The notes under the pieces are model-generated. The model ran no database searches. It worked only from the letters and a program-made list of their open reading frames with translations, and was not told where the DNA came from. The translations under genes were made by a program, and so were the position numbers. Below are positions 1 to 13,869 of a stretch of 49,082 nucleotides of DNA, in pieces (the first letter of the stretch is position 1; each line of letters starts with the position of its first letter). This stretch comes from Bigelowiella natans CCMP2755 (Eukaryota; Protista; Cercozoa): contig ADNK01000446.1 in NCBI GenBank assembly GCA_000320545.1, positions 1-49,082 of the forward strand, read 5' to 3'.

Positions 1-365
1 GTTTAACGGAGTCGGAGAGCATTATATCGCGGGTAGTGGTTGCGGTTGTTGTTGTGGGCGTTATAGTCGTGTAAAATGATAGTGCTGACGGAACAGCTGG
101 CACACGCCCCTCCACACCCCTCCCCCTACCTCTGCACATAAAATAGAAGCCATGTCTCTGCAGCGTCGATTAACACATGCAACGCGACATAGCTGCGACT
201 CAACGTCCAAACGCGCCCCCACTATGGAGAGAGGAGCTGCTTCGATCTCTATTTTCGACGTGATCATCACCATCATCATCACAAATGGGATATTGAATGA
301 TGATCCCAGCAACGATGTTCTCCAAATCAAATAACCGTCATCATCCCCCCTCCTCCTACCTTCTT

Positions 366-401
<36 letters not shown>

Positions 402-410
402 GCCTTCTAC

Positions 411-1374
411 CTGTCGATCCCCCTTCTTTCAATCTCTTCGATGTTATTGATCTTCACGCTCGGGACATATCTGTAGGTGGTCGTCGGTAGTTCAGTTGGT
501 GCAAACACGGAGATAACAATCATCCCCCCCCTTCTCTCTTTCTAAATGTCTCGTCTGCTTGAAGCTGTCGTATCCTCCGAGAAGAGGGTATTAATGAGTA
601 TGATGATGATGATGATGATGATAACGATGATGGTGATGATGATGATGACAATAAAGAACAAAGCAGCTACTCACTCCATAGTGAGGACGCGTTTGGACGT
701 TGTCTCCCAGTATATGTCGGGTACCTTATGATGATAGACGCAGCAGAGACACACCGTTCATATTTTTTTAATAGAAAGGGGGAGGGGGGGAAGGGGCGTG
801 TGCCTCTTGTTTTGACAGCACCATCCTTATCACTCAACATTTCCGCACAAACAAACAACCCGCCACCATTCTCCCGCTCTCCCGACTACAACTACTACTA
901 CTACTACAAATAATACTACCTTGATCCACGGGACGTCGGCAAAGTTTTCTTTGAATCGCTCTGCGTTCTTGGCTTCGTTTGTGTAGTCCTTTGTTAAACG
1001 GTAAAGATGGCATTAGGCGCAGGGCAGCAGCAGCAGCAGCAGTAGCAACTATCATAAGAAGAAGAAGGAAGAAGAAGAAGAAGAAGAAGAAGAAGAGGAA
1101 GAACAAGGAAGAAGACAACGAGCACTGGATCGTGATGTTTTCGAATCGGCGGTGTCTTCTTACGATTTCCTTGTAGAGCAAGCGAGCACTCTCCTCATAG
1201 ATCCGTACCCAGTCTCTTTGTGCCCCTGTGGTGGATGATGGGGGGGGGAAGAGGAGGAGGAGGAGAAGGAGGAGGAGGAGGAGAGATCTCAATGCTACTC
1301 CTCGCCCCCCCCTCATGGAAAGCGTGCCGTCGAGGAGGGAAAAAATAAAGATATGTCTTTTTTTACATCCCGCA

Positions 1375-1408
<34 letters not shown>

Positions 1409-1734
1409 CACACAATCAATCAATGATTTCAAAAGGAGGAGGCGGCACACACCGTCAGTCTTCGGATCCAACTTGTCTAGAATCACCGCCAGTAGCCGTA
1501 GATTGACCTACGAAATTAGTGCGGAGAAAGTAGACATAGAAGCATGATTTGAGGAGGCACTCAGTTCGCTAATGCTCAATGATAGTCCACCCAAAGACAA
1601 GACTGTTCTTTCCAGCATATTCTCCCATGTAAATCGTGTCGTGTTGTGTGCTCTTGCTCTACAAGTGTACATCCCTACAAGAAATTCTAATCTCACTACT
1701 TGTAATACCAGTACCACTCCTCCTCCTCCTCCTC

Positions 1735-1768
<34 letters not shown>

Positions 1769-1877
1769 CAAATCAGACTTAAACAAGTTGTCAAGGCCCT
1801 GCCTTTGGATCTTCACTGCGACTTCTTGTCCATTCTTGAGAACCGCCCTGTGCACAAGCAACGATAACATCAGAAAT

Positions 1878-1913
<36 letters not shown>

Positions 1914-3471
1914 CATTATCAAAATCATATCATCGTCGTCGTCGTAATGCCGTGACTATCAAGATTCTTCTCAGTACTTATGGACTTGGCCAAGGGAGGC
2001 TGCTGCTATGGGCGTCTCATCAAACGACTGAAAGATCTCGTCGATCGGCTTGCCAAAGTCCTCCTCGATGATGGCCTTCGCCTTCGAGCCGGTAAAACCG
2101 GGAACATCGTCCTTAAAACAACGGCGACAAGAAGATATAGAAGAAGAAGAAGAAGAAGAAGAGGAGGAGGAAGAAGAAGAAGAAGAAAAAAAAACGCACA
2201 AGAAGTTATACTTTCGCAATGGACCCGAGAAGAAAGGAAGCCGCATTCATCATTTGTCTTCGAGCAGTTGGATGCTTGTTTGCAAGTTGCTTCCATCCCC
2301 CCCCCAAAACCCTCCTCCTTCTCTTCCTGCAGGCATGGTAATGGCTGACAGATGAACGCAGATTCGCTCGCAACAGCCGTCCCATCTCGGTCTCGCGCCG
2401 GTGCTCTAATCGCATATTCCTCGTCATTGTACCTGAAGTCTCTCAAGGGCTTTGATATACTCTGGGGTCAGGACGTCCCTGATATAACATTTATACACGA
2501 CGAGAATGGTAGCTGTGTTATTGACGTCCTTCTTCATATCCGTGCGCGTATACGTTAAGGCAGCACATCACACATTCACACGCGGAACTGCTATGACGCA
2601 CACGTCCCCATCATCATTACCACCACCATCATCACCATCATCGTCATAACCACCATCATCCATCCATCCATCCATCCATCCATCCATCCACACATACACT
2701 ACGACTGCCAACCTGCGTGTGCTTAGAAGCTGTCCAAGCTTGATGAATGTGGGTCCAAGCCTACAGGAGTCAATCCATCATAATCCTTCATCATCATCAT
2801 CATTATCATCATTCCCATCACCATTATCATCTGACACACTGTCAGGCTCACCACACATGACAGCATGATTCCAGAAAGTCGTTTCAAAACAGATATGGTA
2901 TCATCAGAAAGAACAAAAGCAAACAGGTTTCTAAACCGTAGCAGCCCACGGCACAAGTCCTCTGCATATTCCATGCGCTTTAGAGACTTCTCCTCGGGAT
3001 CTTTGACCTTTCGAAGCTTCAACTCCCTGTAAACGGACGCTAGAGAGGGGGGAGGAGGAGTAGAAGAGGAAACAGATAATGATGATTATGATGATGATGA
3101 TGAGGAGGAGGAGGTGGAGGAGGAGGAGGAGGAGGAATAGATGCGGAAGAACAAAGACAACAAAAAACTATTCAAAGTCTCTGCAACGCAAATGGATGCT
3201 ACTCACTCGCCCACACGTGCTCCTTTGAAAAAGGAGGACAAGGGGGGGGGTAAAAGTGAACCAAAAGCTTACGCACTGATAAGGAATGCCCAGATTTCGA
3301 CTGTTCGGCTGTACTTATTCCCGAACCCCCTGAAGAGGACCACCACCACCACCACCACCACCATTAAATAACAACAGTGAGAACGATGTGTAGCAATGCG
3401 CCCATACGATGTATCACGTTCAAATAAGCAGGATAAATTTGCAAAAATGTGTATAAATGTGTTTAAATGTG

Positions 3472-3551
<80 letters not shown>

Positions 3552-4969
3552 ATGGTGTTTTGAAAGGAGACAATCATACATGAGCGGAACTACCTCATTT
3601 GCCAACCAGCCTCCATTTGTGCGGCTAACGCAGCATCTCCTGTGTCTTCTTTCGAAAGAGCTGCAGCCACTGATATCTTGGAGTTCATTGCTCCCGGGCT
3701 TTTGAGCTTCTTCACCATAGTGGACACGTACTGCGACTTGGATATTTTGCCTGTGGAAAGGGGGTCATCGGCAACGAAATAGAAGTGAGGCCTCCTTCTT
3801 GCTTTGGTGGTTGCTTGCGGGTGGTGGTGATATTAATGAAAAAGTTTGAGAGACTTTTGAGAGGCTTTTGTATGCAGCAGTAGGAACGCAAGGACGTTCC
3901 ATCATTTTTTTTCTAAACCTTCCACAATTCAAAGAGTTGTTTTGATTGTGGTGGATTTTTTTTTATCATGGATATTCTTTAACCATCTATTGCAGCTTTC
4001 AGGAGGTCCCTTTTCCGCATTTGCTTCCACGTCTCGTCGATATCATCTTTGCGTATCATCGAATTTGCATGGTAGGATAGGGGGGGGGGGGGGGGCCGTC
4101 AGTTACACAATGACGCATTAATTCATATATCAATGTGAAAATCTCAACGGCAACCCAAGTATTGAAGGAAAACACTGTTAATCGATCAGCAACAGAAAAT
4201 ACACTTACCAATGATAGCATCTCTCTCGACGGCATCAAAATCGGTCGTCGCTTTCTGAGCCACGTCCGCTGTCATGTTGCGTCCCGTGTATCACAGATGA
4301 AAACCATATCAGACGGCATTAGTTTCAAATTAAAGACTAAAGAAGTAATTATCTTTATCTTTGCAATTAGCATCTAAGTCATAGAGTCTCTCATTCTCAT
4401 TATCGTTGCATCGCCACTGTTGTTATGTAATTATCACGTTTTGCATCCAGCGCCACGGAATTTGTCAAAAGCCTGGGATTTAGGGGAGAGGCCGGGGGGG
4501 AGGGGAGGGAGGGCATAATTAACAGAGCTGACATAATCGGAATTCGTAGTATCATCTTCACTAAAGAGAGAAAAGAAGGTGCCTCTGTAAAATCGAGACA
4601 CGTGGGCAAGAGAAAATTTCTTCGATGATTCGGTGCTCGTTACCTCGGTCGCAGCCCCGAAGCAGCTTTATTCTCTTTATTTTGCCTAAGGCTGAACGAG
4701 GATCCTTCGTGTTGGCCAGAACCGAATGTTCCCGAATTCAGCGATAATGTGGGTTTTAAAGTAGTAGTCACAGCCGGAGCAGAGGTGACGGTCTTTCGAG
4801 TCAGAGGCAATCGTGCAGCAGACGAGGTGATTTTGATTGATCTCCTATTACCGAAAAGACCACTTCTAGCCCCCGTGGAAAACCTGCTACCGCCATCACG
4901 GACGACCGGTGATGCGTCGCAGCTGCTTTTCAGGAGCAGCACGCTCCACACGAGTACACCTGGTAACAT
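411..4969 (-). CDS. ABC1K8: ABC1/UbiB-family atypical kinase, ABC1K8-like, plastid-targeted; multi-exon, 3' part lies beyond or is unresolved at the left edge
   Basis: GT-AG exons splice in frame to [37 protein letters not shown]...PIAAASLGQVHKAVLKNGQEVAVKIQRQGL...DKLDPKTDGAQRDWVRIYEESARLLYKEIDY...VPDIYWETTSKRVLTMEYVPSVKIN. N-terminus MLPGVLVWSVLLLKSSCDA is a signal peptide followed by a Ser/Thr/Arg-rich transit peptide. Some 5' internal exons are uncertain. Confidence 0.9.
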
Positions 4970-5837
4970 GTAGGTTTTGGTTCTGGGGGGTATGGCCTGG
5001 GCAAGAAGTCGACCAAGAGAAGGGTGGAGAAATAAAGAAATTCAGATCAAAGTCGTTGTCGCCCTGTTTACTGGCCGCTGTTTCCCGAGCAATTTCTTGA
5101 TGCGACAACCACCAAACCGTCTCGAAAAAAGATATCCCCCTTCTTTTTCTGGGATAAGACAGGGTTGAGCATTGGGGAATTTCGTCGAGCACGAGAAGTC
5201 GTCCGGAGCCACTCGCACGGGCACGTGAATCGTACCGGCACTACCGGAGACTCGGCCGAACAAAAGAGCAAGCCAATTCGCTCTGCGACATACATTTCCA
5301 GGACCATTTCATCGGACGACATCAGCATCTCCATTCACCGGCCGAAACATCGGAGGAATCGATGCCTGACCTTTATTCCTACGATGTTTCTGGCTGAAAT
5401 AGCCTTCTACTGAGTCCCCCAGGATGGCTGCTGGGAGTGAAAAGCTCCGTGCAGCAAGTTACTGGAACGGATCTTTGGTTCGAACATGCGGATTTTATCG
5501 TACAGGAAGGAGCGAGATCGCGCTATACCTCTCAGAGCACCTGGGGCAAGCAGGCACGTAGCCGTCCACGTCTCCCCCTCCCCCCTGCCTTAGCAGTGCT
5601 ACATGGACCGAAAAAGGGAATGGGGGCGAGATCGTTTATGCATGTATTGAGATCATGAAAGTGGGCCAAAATATATATGTTTCGAACGGATATTATGCCC
5701 GCTGCAGCCGCCACCATCACTTTGTTAGGGTGTCTGAAGTGGCAAGAAATGTAATGATTTGCGCTGATACAGGATAGGGGAAGCTAATGTCTGGACAGCA
5801 AAGCTAGCAAGAGGGAGGGGTGGATTGATTTGAATCA

Positions 5838-6870
5838 ATGCGGGGGCAAATGGCGGCAGCACTCGTTGTGGCTCTCTTCGTCGGGTGATCATTCATATTG
5901 ATGTGGCACGGATTTTTGGAGAGATTAACACGTTGCCGAGAGAACAGTTTCCCAAAATTCCCTCAAAATTGGCATGAAGATATTCTTTATAACTGTATAT
6001 TCTCTCCCTCCCCCCTCCCCCTACAGGTGCACGGCCGTCGGGTCCTCGCCTAGGTCCGCCCCCCGCACCGCTAGCGGAATAAGGCTCTTTGGAGGCAGGC
6101 TGGGGTGAGATTGTCCCCCCTTAACGCACCTTAATCGATATTCACATTTAATTTACTGAAACCAGAGCATGATGGATAATATTGGCTGAAAATAAACGTT
6201 GCATGTATGCTCAGCAGCAGGAAGAACCAACCCCCGCACACTGCGGGGGGAGATGCCGTCGTACCTATTTCGCGTCCAGAACTAAGGACACGGAGGGGGG
6301 GGCTGAGGCTGGCGTTTCTCCGACCGCATGCAGGAAAGCAAGACGATTTTCAGATCGACACCAGCGGCGACTACTCGTGGGTCAACGACGGTGGCTTCAA
6401 CAATGCCGATGATGATGACGACGAAGATGAGTTGGAGCGCAGGGAAGCGCTGCTGGAGAAGGCATTAGACAAACTGAAGCAGCAGATGGTACAAGGTCAG
6501 CAATATTGCACCGAGCACCGATAAATGTCTTCTTCTTCGATATTTCTCTCTGCTCGCTTGTCTCTTTGTGTGCGCGCGCATCCCGTGAGTAGTTGTTCTG
6601 CATTTGTAACGGAAAGACTAAGAACCTCATCATACTTGCAGAAGATAACGATGAAATCACAAGTTTCCTGGCGAAACAGCGAGAGCAACAGCAGCAGCAA
6701 CAACAACAACAACAACAACAACAGGGGGAGGTATGTATATTGCTGCAACGATATTCCTCTTTTGCCCAAATATTAGAAAACACACTGAGATATGGAAGAG
6801 AGCCAACCGCCGTTAAACATCCGATGCATTTCCCCACTAAGTAACAAATAGATGTGAGAAATAACGAGCG

Positions 6871-6918
<48 letters not shown>

Positions 6919-7028
6919 GCATGTTGGATGTAAATGGTGTCAGCAGGGTGATGTTTTGACTCAAAATGCTCCTCCTTCAAATACAGGTAAGAGATCTGAA
7001 ACGGAAAAGGGGGGGGGGGGGGGGGAGG

Positions 7029-7079
<51 letters not shown>

Positions 7080-7288
7080 CAAGGCTAATCTACAGGGGTA
7101 TACGCACAAGAAAAACACGACACACACAAATTACAGCAGACCAAGGATCTGGTGAAGACAACAACGCCTCTGGGAGGGAAGGGGAAGAAACAGAGGGAGG
7201 AGAGGGAAACGATGCCATCTTCAGCGACGATATGCTAGGACAGGCTGTTCTAAAAGCTGCTGATGAGGTTAACAACATTTATACGTAT

Positions 7289-7326
<38 letters not shown>

Positions 7327-7578
7327 ATATCAATATCTTTTATATGATACCAATGCAAATGAAGGGGCGGTTAGAATTCCTTCTGAACGAATACGATGGC
7401 ACGGCGGATATCAGTCTTTTGACAAGGCGCAGAAAGGAACGAGTAATAGTGCGTGTGTTGGTTGGGGTGTGTCTTCTTCTCTCCGTCCTCTTTGTTTGGA
7501 TTTAGATAGAATGTTCACTTCGTGGAGTTCTGTCTCCCTTCCTCTCTCTACTATCACGCACACACACACACACACACG

Positions 7579-7628
<50 letters not shown>

Positions 7629-8485
7629 TCGCTAATTACTACACGCTCTCTCCCTACCCTCTCATGATCACATGCACAGCTGCTGCAGAAGCAGCAGCAG
7701 CAGCAAAGAAATCGGGCAGCGCAATCAACAGCGAGTAAGAGCGGTGAAAGCAGAGATGCTGCTGCTGCTGGTGGTGGTGGTGCTATAGAATCATCGTCGT
7801 CGCCAGTCCTTCCGCTAACAGCTCCCGTGGAGCTCGAGCCCCCTATCAAAACCGTCGATGACGAGAAGAGAGAGGAGGAGGAGAGCGCTTTGAAGAGGAT
7901 GGTGGATGAGGAGAATGCCTTAGGTCAGTTCAATGGTGTCGTTGTTGGTGGTGTTGTTGCTGCTGCTGTTGGTGTTGTAACGATGGGTGTGCAGCAGCCT
8001 CCTCTCTCCATGTCTCCTTCCCTCCCTCTTACATATTGAGATAAACGTCGTAAACATATAGGTGATGATATGCTGGAGAGGGCGTTTGAACGCGCTGCGG
8101 AAGAAAACCGTCTGGATTCGCTCTTTAACGACTACGATGGTACGGCCGACATAAGTCTCCTCACGCGGAGGCGGAATCAAAAGGTCTCGTCTACACCTCT
8201 TACGTTCGCAAGCAATGCTTAATTCTTCCCCCCTACCCTTCCCCTCTCATCCTCCCTTCAGCTGCAACGACAAAATGATAGAGCTGCACAAGAAGCTGCC
8301 AAAACAACGATTGCCTCCTCTTCCTCCTCCTCCTCCTCCTATGAGGAAATACCACCTGCCGTTAAGACTGGCAGCGATATGGGAGGGGAAAAGAAAGAGG
8401 AGACGAGTAGTACCTTCAACGATATGGGAGATGAGGAGAACACTATGGGTATTATTGACACACCTAGATCTCAGGATGCATAATC

Positions 8486-8557
<72 letters not shown>

Positions 8558-9041
8558 CCTCTCCTCCTCTTCTTCATCTCACATATTGAGATAAACGTCG
8601 TAAACATATAGGTGATGATATGCTGGAGAGGGCGTTTGAACGCGCTGCGGAAGAAAACCGTCTGGATTCGCTCTTTAACGACTACGATGGTACGGCCGAC
8701 ATAAGTCTCCTCACGCGGAGGCGGAATCAAAAGGTCTCGTCTACACCTCTTACGTTCGCAAGCAATGCTTAATTCTTCCCCCCTACCCTTCCCCTCTCAT
8801 CCTCCCTTCAGCTGCAACGACAAAATGATAGAGCTGCACAAGAAGCTGCCAAAACAACGATTGCCTCCTCTTCCTCCTCCTCCTCCTCCTATGAGGAAAT
8901 ACCACCTGCCGTTAAGACTGGCAGCGATATGGGAGGGGAAAAGAAAGAGGAGACGAGTAGTACCTTCAACGATATGGGAGATGAGGAGAACACTATGGGT
9001 ATTATTGACACACCTAGATCTCAGGATGCATAATCCTCTTC

Positions 9042-9107
<66 letters not shown>

Positions 9108-9354
9108 CCTCTCCTTCTCTTCTTCATCTCACATATTGAGATAAACGTCGTAAACATATAGGTGATGATATGCTGGAGAGGGCGTTTGAACGCGCTGCGG
9201 AAGAAAACCGTCTGGATTCGCTCTTTAACGACTACGATGGTACGGCCGACATAAGTCTCCTCACGCGGAGGCGGAATCAAAAGGTGGGTAATGATAGTTT
9301 GAGTGGGCCTATCGACGATCTTTAGATTTAATTTAGGATTTCCATGCTGGATCA

Positions 9355-9392
<38 letters not shown>

Positions 9393-9825
9393 AATCCTGC
9401 GTGCAGTTGAAGATGTGGATATGTTCACATCAACTATGCTACTACATTGAGCTGCTACATTGATTTCCAATACAGCTCGCCTTAGCAGCAAGGGAGAAGG
9501 AATCACCACCACCACCACCACCAGCAGCAGCAGCAGTGGAACAACGGCAGAGTTCCATAGAGCAGCTACTGCTCAGTAGACAAGAAGAGACAGCAGCTGC
9601 CTCTCGGGACGAAAAAATCGGAAGCACCAGCACCAGTACCAGCAGTAGTAGTAGCAGCACCAGCAGTGGAGCTTCGTCGTTTGGAGAGTTGAAGTATGAT
9701 CCTGAAGAGAAGGTGTGCAACTACCACCTACTATAGCTACTACAACAGCTACTACTACCACTACTTCTTCAGCCACTACTCCGCTTCTATCTTTCCTCCC
9801 CCTCCTTGCATTCTCCGTCTCTCTC

Positions 9826-9869
<44 letters not shown>

Positions 9870-10606
9870 TCGTTGAATAGCTTCTATCCTCCCCCCCTCG
9901 TCGCTTTCCCCAACCCCCCGCTCAGGCGTCCGCCACTTCCTTTCTCTCGGGGCTGAGGCGGGGGGAAGAAGCAGAGGAGTTCGGCGAGGATGAAAGCTCA
10001 GGAAAAGATGGGGGCAGTGCCAAGGACAGTGATGGTGACGGTGATGGTGATGGTGGTGCTACTACTACTGGGATGACATCGGATGCAGATGAAGCGACTT
10101 CCTCCACGCTCTCGGACCTGGCCGATAAAGGAGAGGCGACTCTGCGCAATATGGGTGGGAGGCCGTAGTAGTAAAAAGTAGCAGCAGTAGCAGTAGTAGT
10201 AAGAGTAGTAATTGTGGAGAGGGTATAAGGAGATGACAACGACGATGATCATGGTGATGATTTGAGACGATGGTGAGGATTGGTGAGCGTCAATTTGATG
10301 AGGGTAACGATGATGATGATGATTACAATGATGATGATAATGGTGCGAAGGGAACAAGGATTCGCTGAACGTGGTAGAGCAGGCTATCAACAATGCTGCG
10401 AAAGAAGGCCGCCTCTCTCTGCTGTTTGACGAATACGACGGCACAGCGGACATTGCAGCGTTGACGAGGAGGAGGAAGGAGCTGGTGATGATACAGAGCT
10501 AAGAGAGTAGTAGTAGTTATAGTGGTAGCAAGTAGTAGTAATGACACAGGCTGCCGATGGATATGCGAAGCAAACAAATGAAAGCTCGCCCACACTTGCC
10601 TCCCCC

Positions 10607-10641
<35 letters not shown>

Positions 10642-11471
10642 ATAAGAGAGAGAGGACACGCAAAATGTAATTTGAATCCTATGCTACTATGCTGGCTGAG
10701 ATTGTATGTAAATATGGCGGCTAGTAGTTGTAGTAGTAGTAGTAGTAGTAGTAGTAGTTGTAGTAAACAGTTTCTTCTTTCCTTCTCGTGCTAACAACAA
10801 CAACAACCCACTCTCTCACCCACTGACACAGCTTCGGAAAAAGCAGCAAGGAACCCGCAGGAGAAACGACATTAATGAGGATTTCAACTCGCCTTCTTCA
10901 TCATCCATGATCGCATCTTCCTCCTCCTCCTCCTCCCCCTCCATACCCATGGCGCCGCAAGACATCGTCGATAACGTCGGAGAGATGCAACGCCGGCGCA
11001 TCGGCGGCACTGAGAACGACGGGTTTCAAACTCCGGAGGCTGCTAGAGCTTCCCTCCTCCAGGCTCGAGAGCAGGAGGCAAGGGGAGGGGGGGGGGCAGG
11101 GCAGAAACCCCTTGACAGGACCTACGAAGAGAGGCTAGCGAAGATGCAAGAAATGGCCAACGTCACAGATTACCAAGAATTTAGAAAGAAGGTTTACAAG
11201 CCAAAGGTACGTAAGTACGTGCTCCTACGACTTGCTAGGAGAGTTCTTCCCTCCCCCCCCCCCCCCCTCCCCCTCAACTTTAATTAAGCCGATTGCTGCC
11301 GCTACTAGGTGAGCACCTGGGGCCTCTTCGAACGCCCTTCAGATATCTCCAAGGCGTATGGGGGGGGACGGACCATAAAGAAGGGAGAGTACGACAAGTG
11401 GCTGCAGAAGCAGAACACGCAGCTCATGAACCGCTTACAGGGCAAGGACAACAGGTTTCGACGACAGGATG

Positions 11472-11517
<46 letters not shown>

Positions 11518-12268
11518 TTTTAAAAATTAGAATGTTTGTGTGTGTGTGTGTGTGTGCGTTTCAACTTGGTGAGAGTGCACATAGACCGCACAGAAATACG
11601 TTCTTGCTGCTGATGATACACGAAGATAGATATGCCAGATCATCACCATACGCAACAAATAACAATTCCACATTTTCACAGTCCGGCCGTCGTGTTGAAC
11701 GACACCATCGACGCGAAGAAGGAGAAGCTTGCCCGTAGGAACATCTCCGTCGCCTTCACGATGCTGGAGAACTCGCAGCTCTATGAGGCTCGAGACCTCT
11801 TTCAAGTCGTACGAAAGCAGTTTCCATTCCGCACCAATCTTGCCGGGCGTGCGACGTATGGGTTCGTTGATCTTATGCTGCCCAATGCTCGAACATTTGT
11901 TGTGTTTACGCGCTTGCGCGTACATGCGTGTTTCTGCGTGTTGCGTCATGCTTTCTCTTCCAAACTCACCCAAGTTCTGCGTAATCGCCGCGAGGTTGGC
12001 TGTCAACCCCCCCACCTCCCTTCTTTCTCTCTCTCCTTTCTTTCGGACAGAGAGAGAGAGAGAGAGAGAGAGGGGTTTTCAAATATGGGCGGTGCAATTA
12101 TTTCACTACGCGCATGAGTCATGTGAATGCAATATGTGAGTTCATATATGTATAAAGGCTGGCACTCGCGTGTGATGCTCTCGGTCAAGGCGACAGAGCA
12201 CAGGATTTGTATCAGAGCTTGAGGTATTGGCTTTCTACACAGCAGAACTCACATGCACAGACACATAA

Positions 12269-12305
<37 letters not shown>

Positions 12306-12311
12306 TACATG

Positions 12312-12342
<31 letters not shown>

Positions 12343-12891
12343 ATGTGAGTTTTTACATAAAAGCACAACATGCATCAGTCCGAGATGCAAAGATCTTCAT
12401 CAGACAACCCGACACTGCTCCCCTTCCTTCTCGTCTGTCTGCTTGTCTTTGAGTTGCGTGTTGACGATGCTGCTGCTTTTGCCATGCCAAGGTTCCACCC
12501 GGACAAAGATATCAAGAAGTCGGCTGCGACGATGCTTTCGGGATTCGAAGCTATGGAGTTCTTCAAGGTTTCCGCCGAAGATGACACCGACTACAGCAAG
12601 TTTGACAGGTACGTATCATCAGCCAGATTTATATTTTGAGGATCAAGTATGATGAGGCCCATGGTAATCCCGCAAAAACACAGGTACTTCAGGAATATTG
12701 GCAGAGTGCAGCGGTTTGATCTAAGCGCGGATACAATCATTCCGCGCACCGAGGAGGACATCGCGCGAGAGCGGCGAGATATTTTTCTCTCGATAGCGAT
12801 TCTGCTCGGCTTCTTCGCCTTTCCAACGGCAATTGTTGTGTATCTCCGGTACAAGCTCCATCTACCACCCGTAACACCCTTTGGGTTCTAG
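5838..12891 (+). CDS. Plastid-targeted protein (~22 exons): repeat-bearing low-complexity N-region, conserved YKPKVSTWG..RP..ISK.YGGGR / TPR-like domain, C-terminal TM helix
   Basis: Phase-consistent GT-AG exon chain from MRGQMAAALVVALFVGCTA (signal) plus Arg-rich transit peptide to YKPKVSTWGLFERPSDISKAYGGGRTIK...GLALACDALGQGDRAQDLYQSLRFHPDKDIKKSAATMLSGFEAMEFFKV...IFLSIAILLGFFAFPTAIVVYL, stop at 12889-12891. The C-terminal domain resembles an uncharacterised plant/algal chloroplast family (recalled as At2g38780-like, unverified). Confidence 0.8.
8031..9285 (+). repeat. 550-bp tandem duplication (~2.3 copies) of a two-exon/two-intron module
   Basis: ACATATTGAG... restarts at 8031, 8581 and 9131. 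Exons 8062-8183 (122 nt) and 8262-8448 (187 nt) sum to 309 nt, preserving frame. Copies differ by a few intronic substitutions. Confidence 0.97.
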
Positions 12892-13869
12892 CAGCGCAGT
12901 CATCGCTGCTGCGGTACGACAGATGCCAGTTATTATTCCACGTCATGCCCAAATGTCGAGACACTAATGTCCACGCGATAAAGCGGGTGCATGAATGCTG
13001 GCTGGCGCATATCTATAGAATTTGCATGATCGATACGATACATAGTCCGGCTAGCTGTGCACGTAACCCTAATGTATGTAACTACAATACATGCTAGCAT
13101 TGCGAACGATGCCATGTTGTTGGCAGCGAACATCGTTAAGAATGATCTACACAAATGAACTAGTAACACCTGTCGGTCACATCGCATTGTCAAAGAAACT
13201 GTTGCATGCGCAATGCTTTGGAACATGGAGCCAGCTAGGCAGCATGGACAGGTACATGCAGCGATATACAGTGCCTTTTTAGTATAGCGACTGAATTGGC
13301 AATAAGCTCAACGCTACGCCGTACTCATACTCGTGCAACGCTTACTATGCTGTGCGATGCCCCTCGACTGCTGATGTGCACGACGAATATTAAGATTGTG
13401 TGCATGCAATTTAATTATCTCTCGCGATGTACTATACTTTTACATCACGGATCTTACATGATATACGCGATTCAAAATAGCAACTGCTATATAATAAGGA
13501 ATCCCGGTCACCGTAGATTTTGCTTATTATCCTGCATCGCTGCATCTCGTCCAAAAGATATTCCTAGATTCGTGCGTTCCGAAGACGGGGGGGAAGTGCT
13601 TTAATCTTCCTTAAATTCCTACGCCCAGCAAAAGGTTTAAGTAGAGCAAGAACCCTTTCGCGAGCAAGTTTACAAAGGAAGAGGATGGTGCAAATTTGAA
13701 AACTGGACGCCATCGATATGTGGAGGATACCGATTGAGTACGAGCATGTTGACGGGAATGGCTGTGGGCGCGATAGGGCACGGTGAGATACACCGCCCGT
13801 CGCAGCCTTCGCAGCATTATATTTTACAAATGTTATGGAGGAGTGGGAGAGAAGAGAGGGTATGATTGC

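Larger units (their letters stand above)
368..12345. repeat. Dense intronic microsatellites ((CAT)n, (GAA)n, (TA)n, (TG)n, (GA)n, (CTA)n); similar density in TRM61 and OTC introns
   Basis: Directly visible; nearly every intron of these genes carries a simple repeat. Confidence 0.95.

Noticed and set aside
4977-5720. Short ORFs between the divergent ABC1K and repeat-protein genes
   Set aside because: No recognisable motifs or coherent splice structure; treated as promoter/UTR.
8031-9285. CRISPR-like or transposon interpretation of the 550-bp repeat
   Set aside because: No short repeat-spacer structure or termini; the units are exon-intron modules of a host gene.
546-12652. Many ORF-track entries made of poly-L/V/M/YI/CV/RE runs
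   Set aside because: They are translations of intronic microsatellites, not genes.
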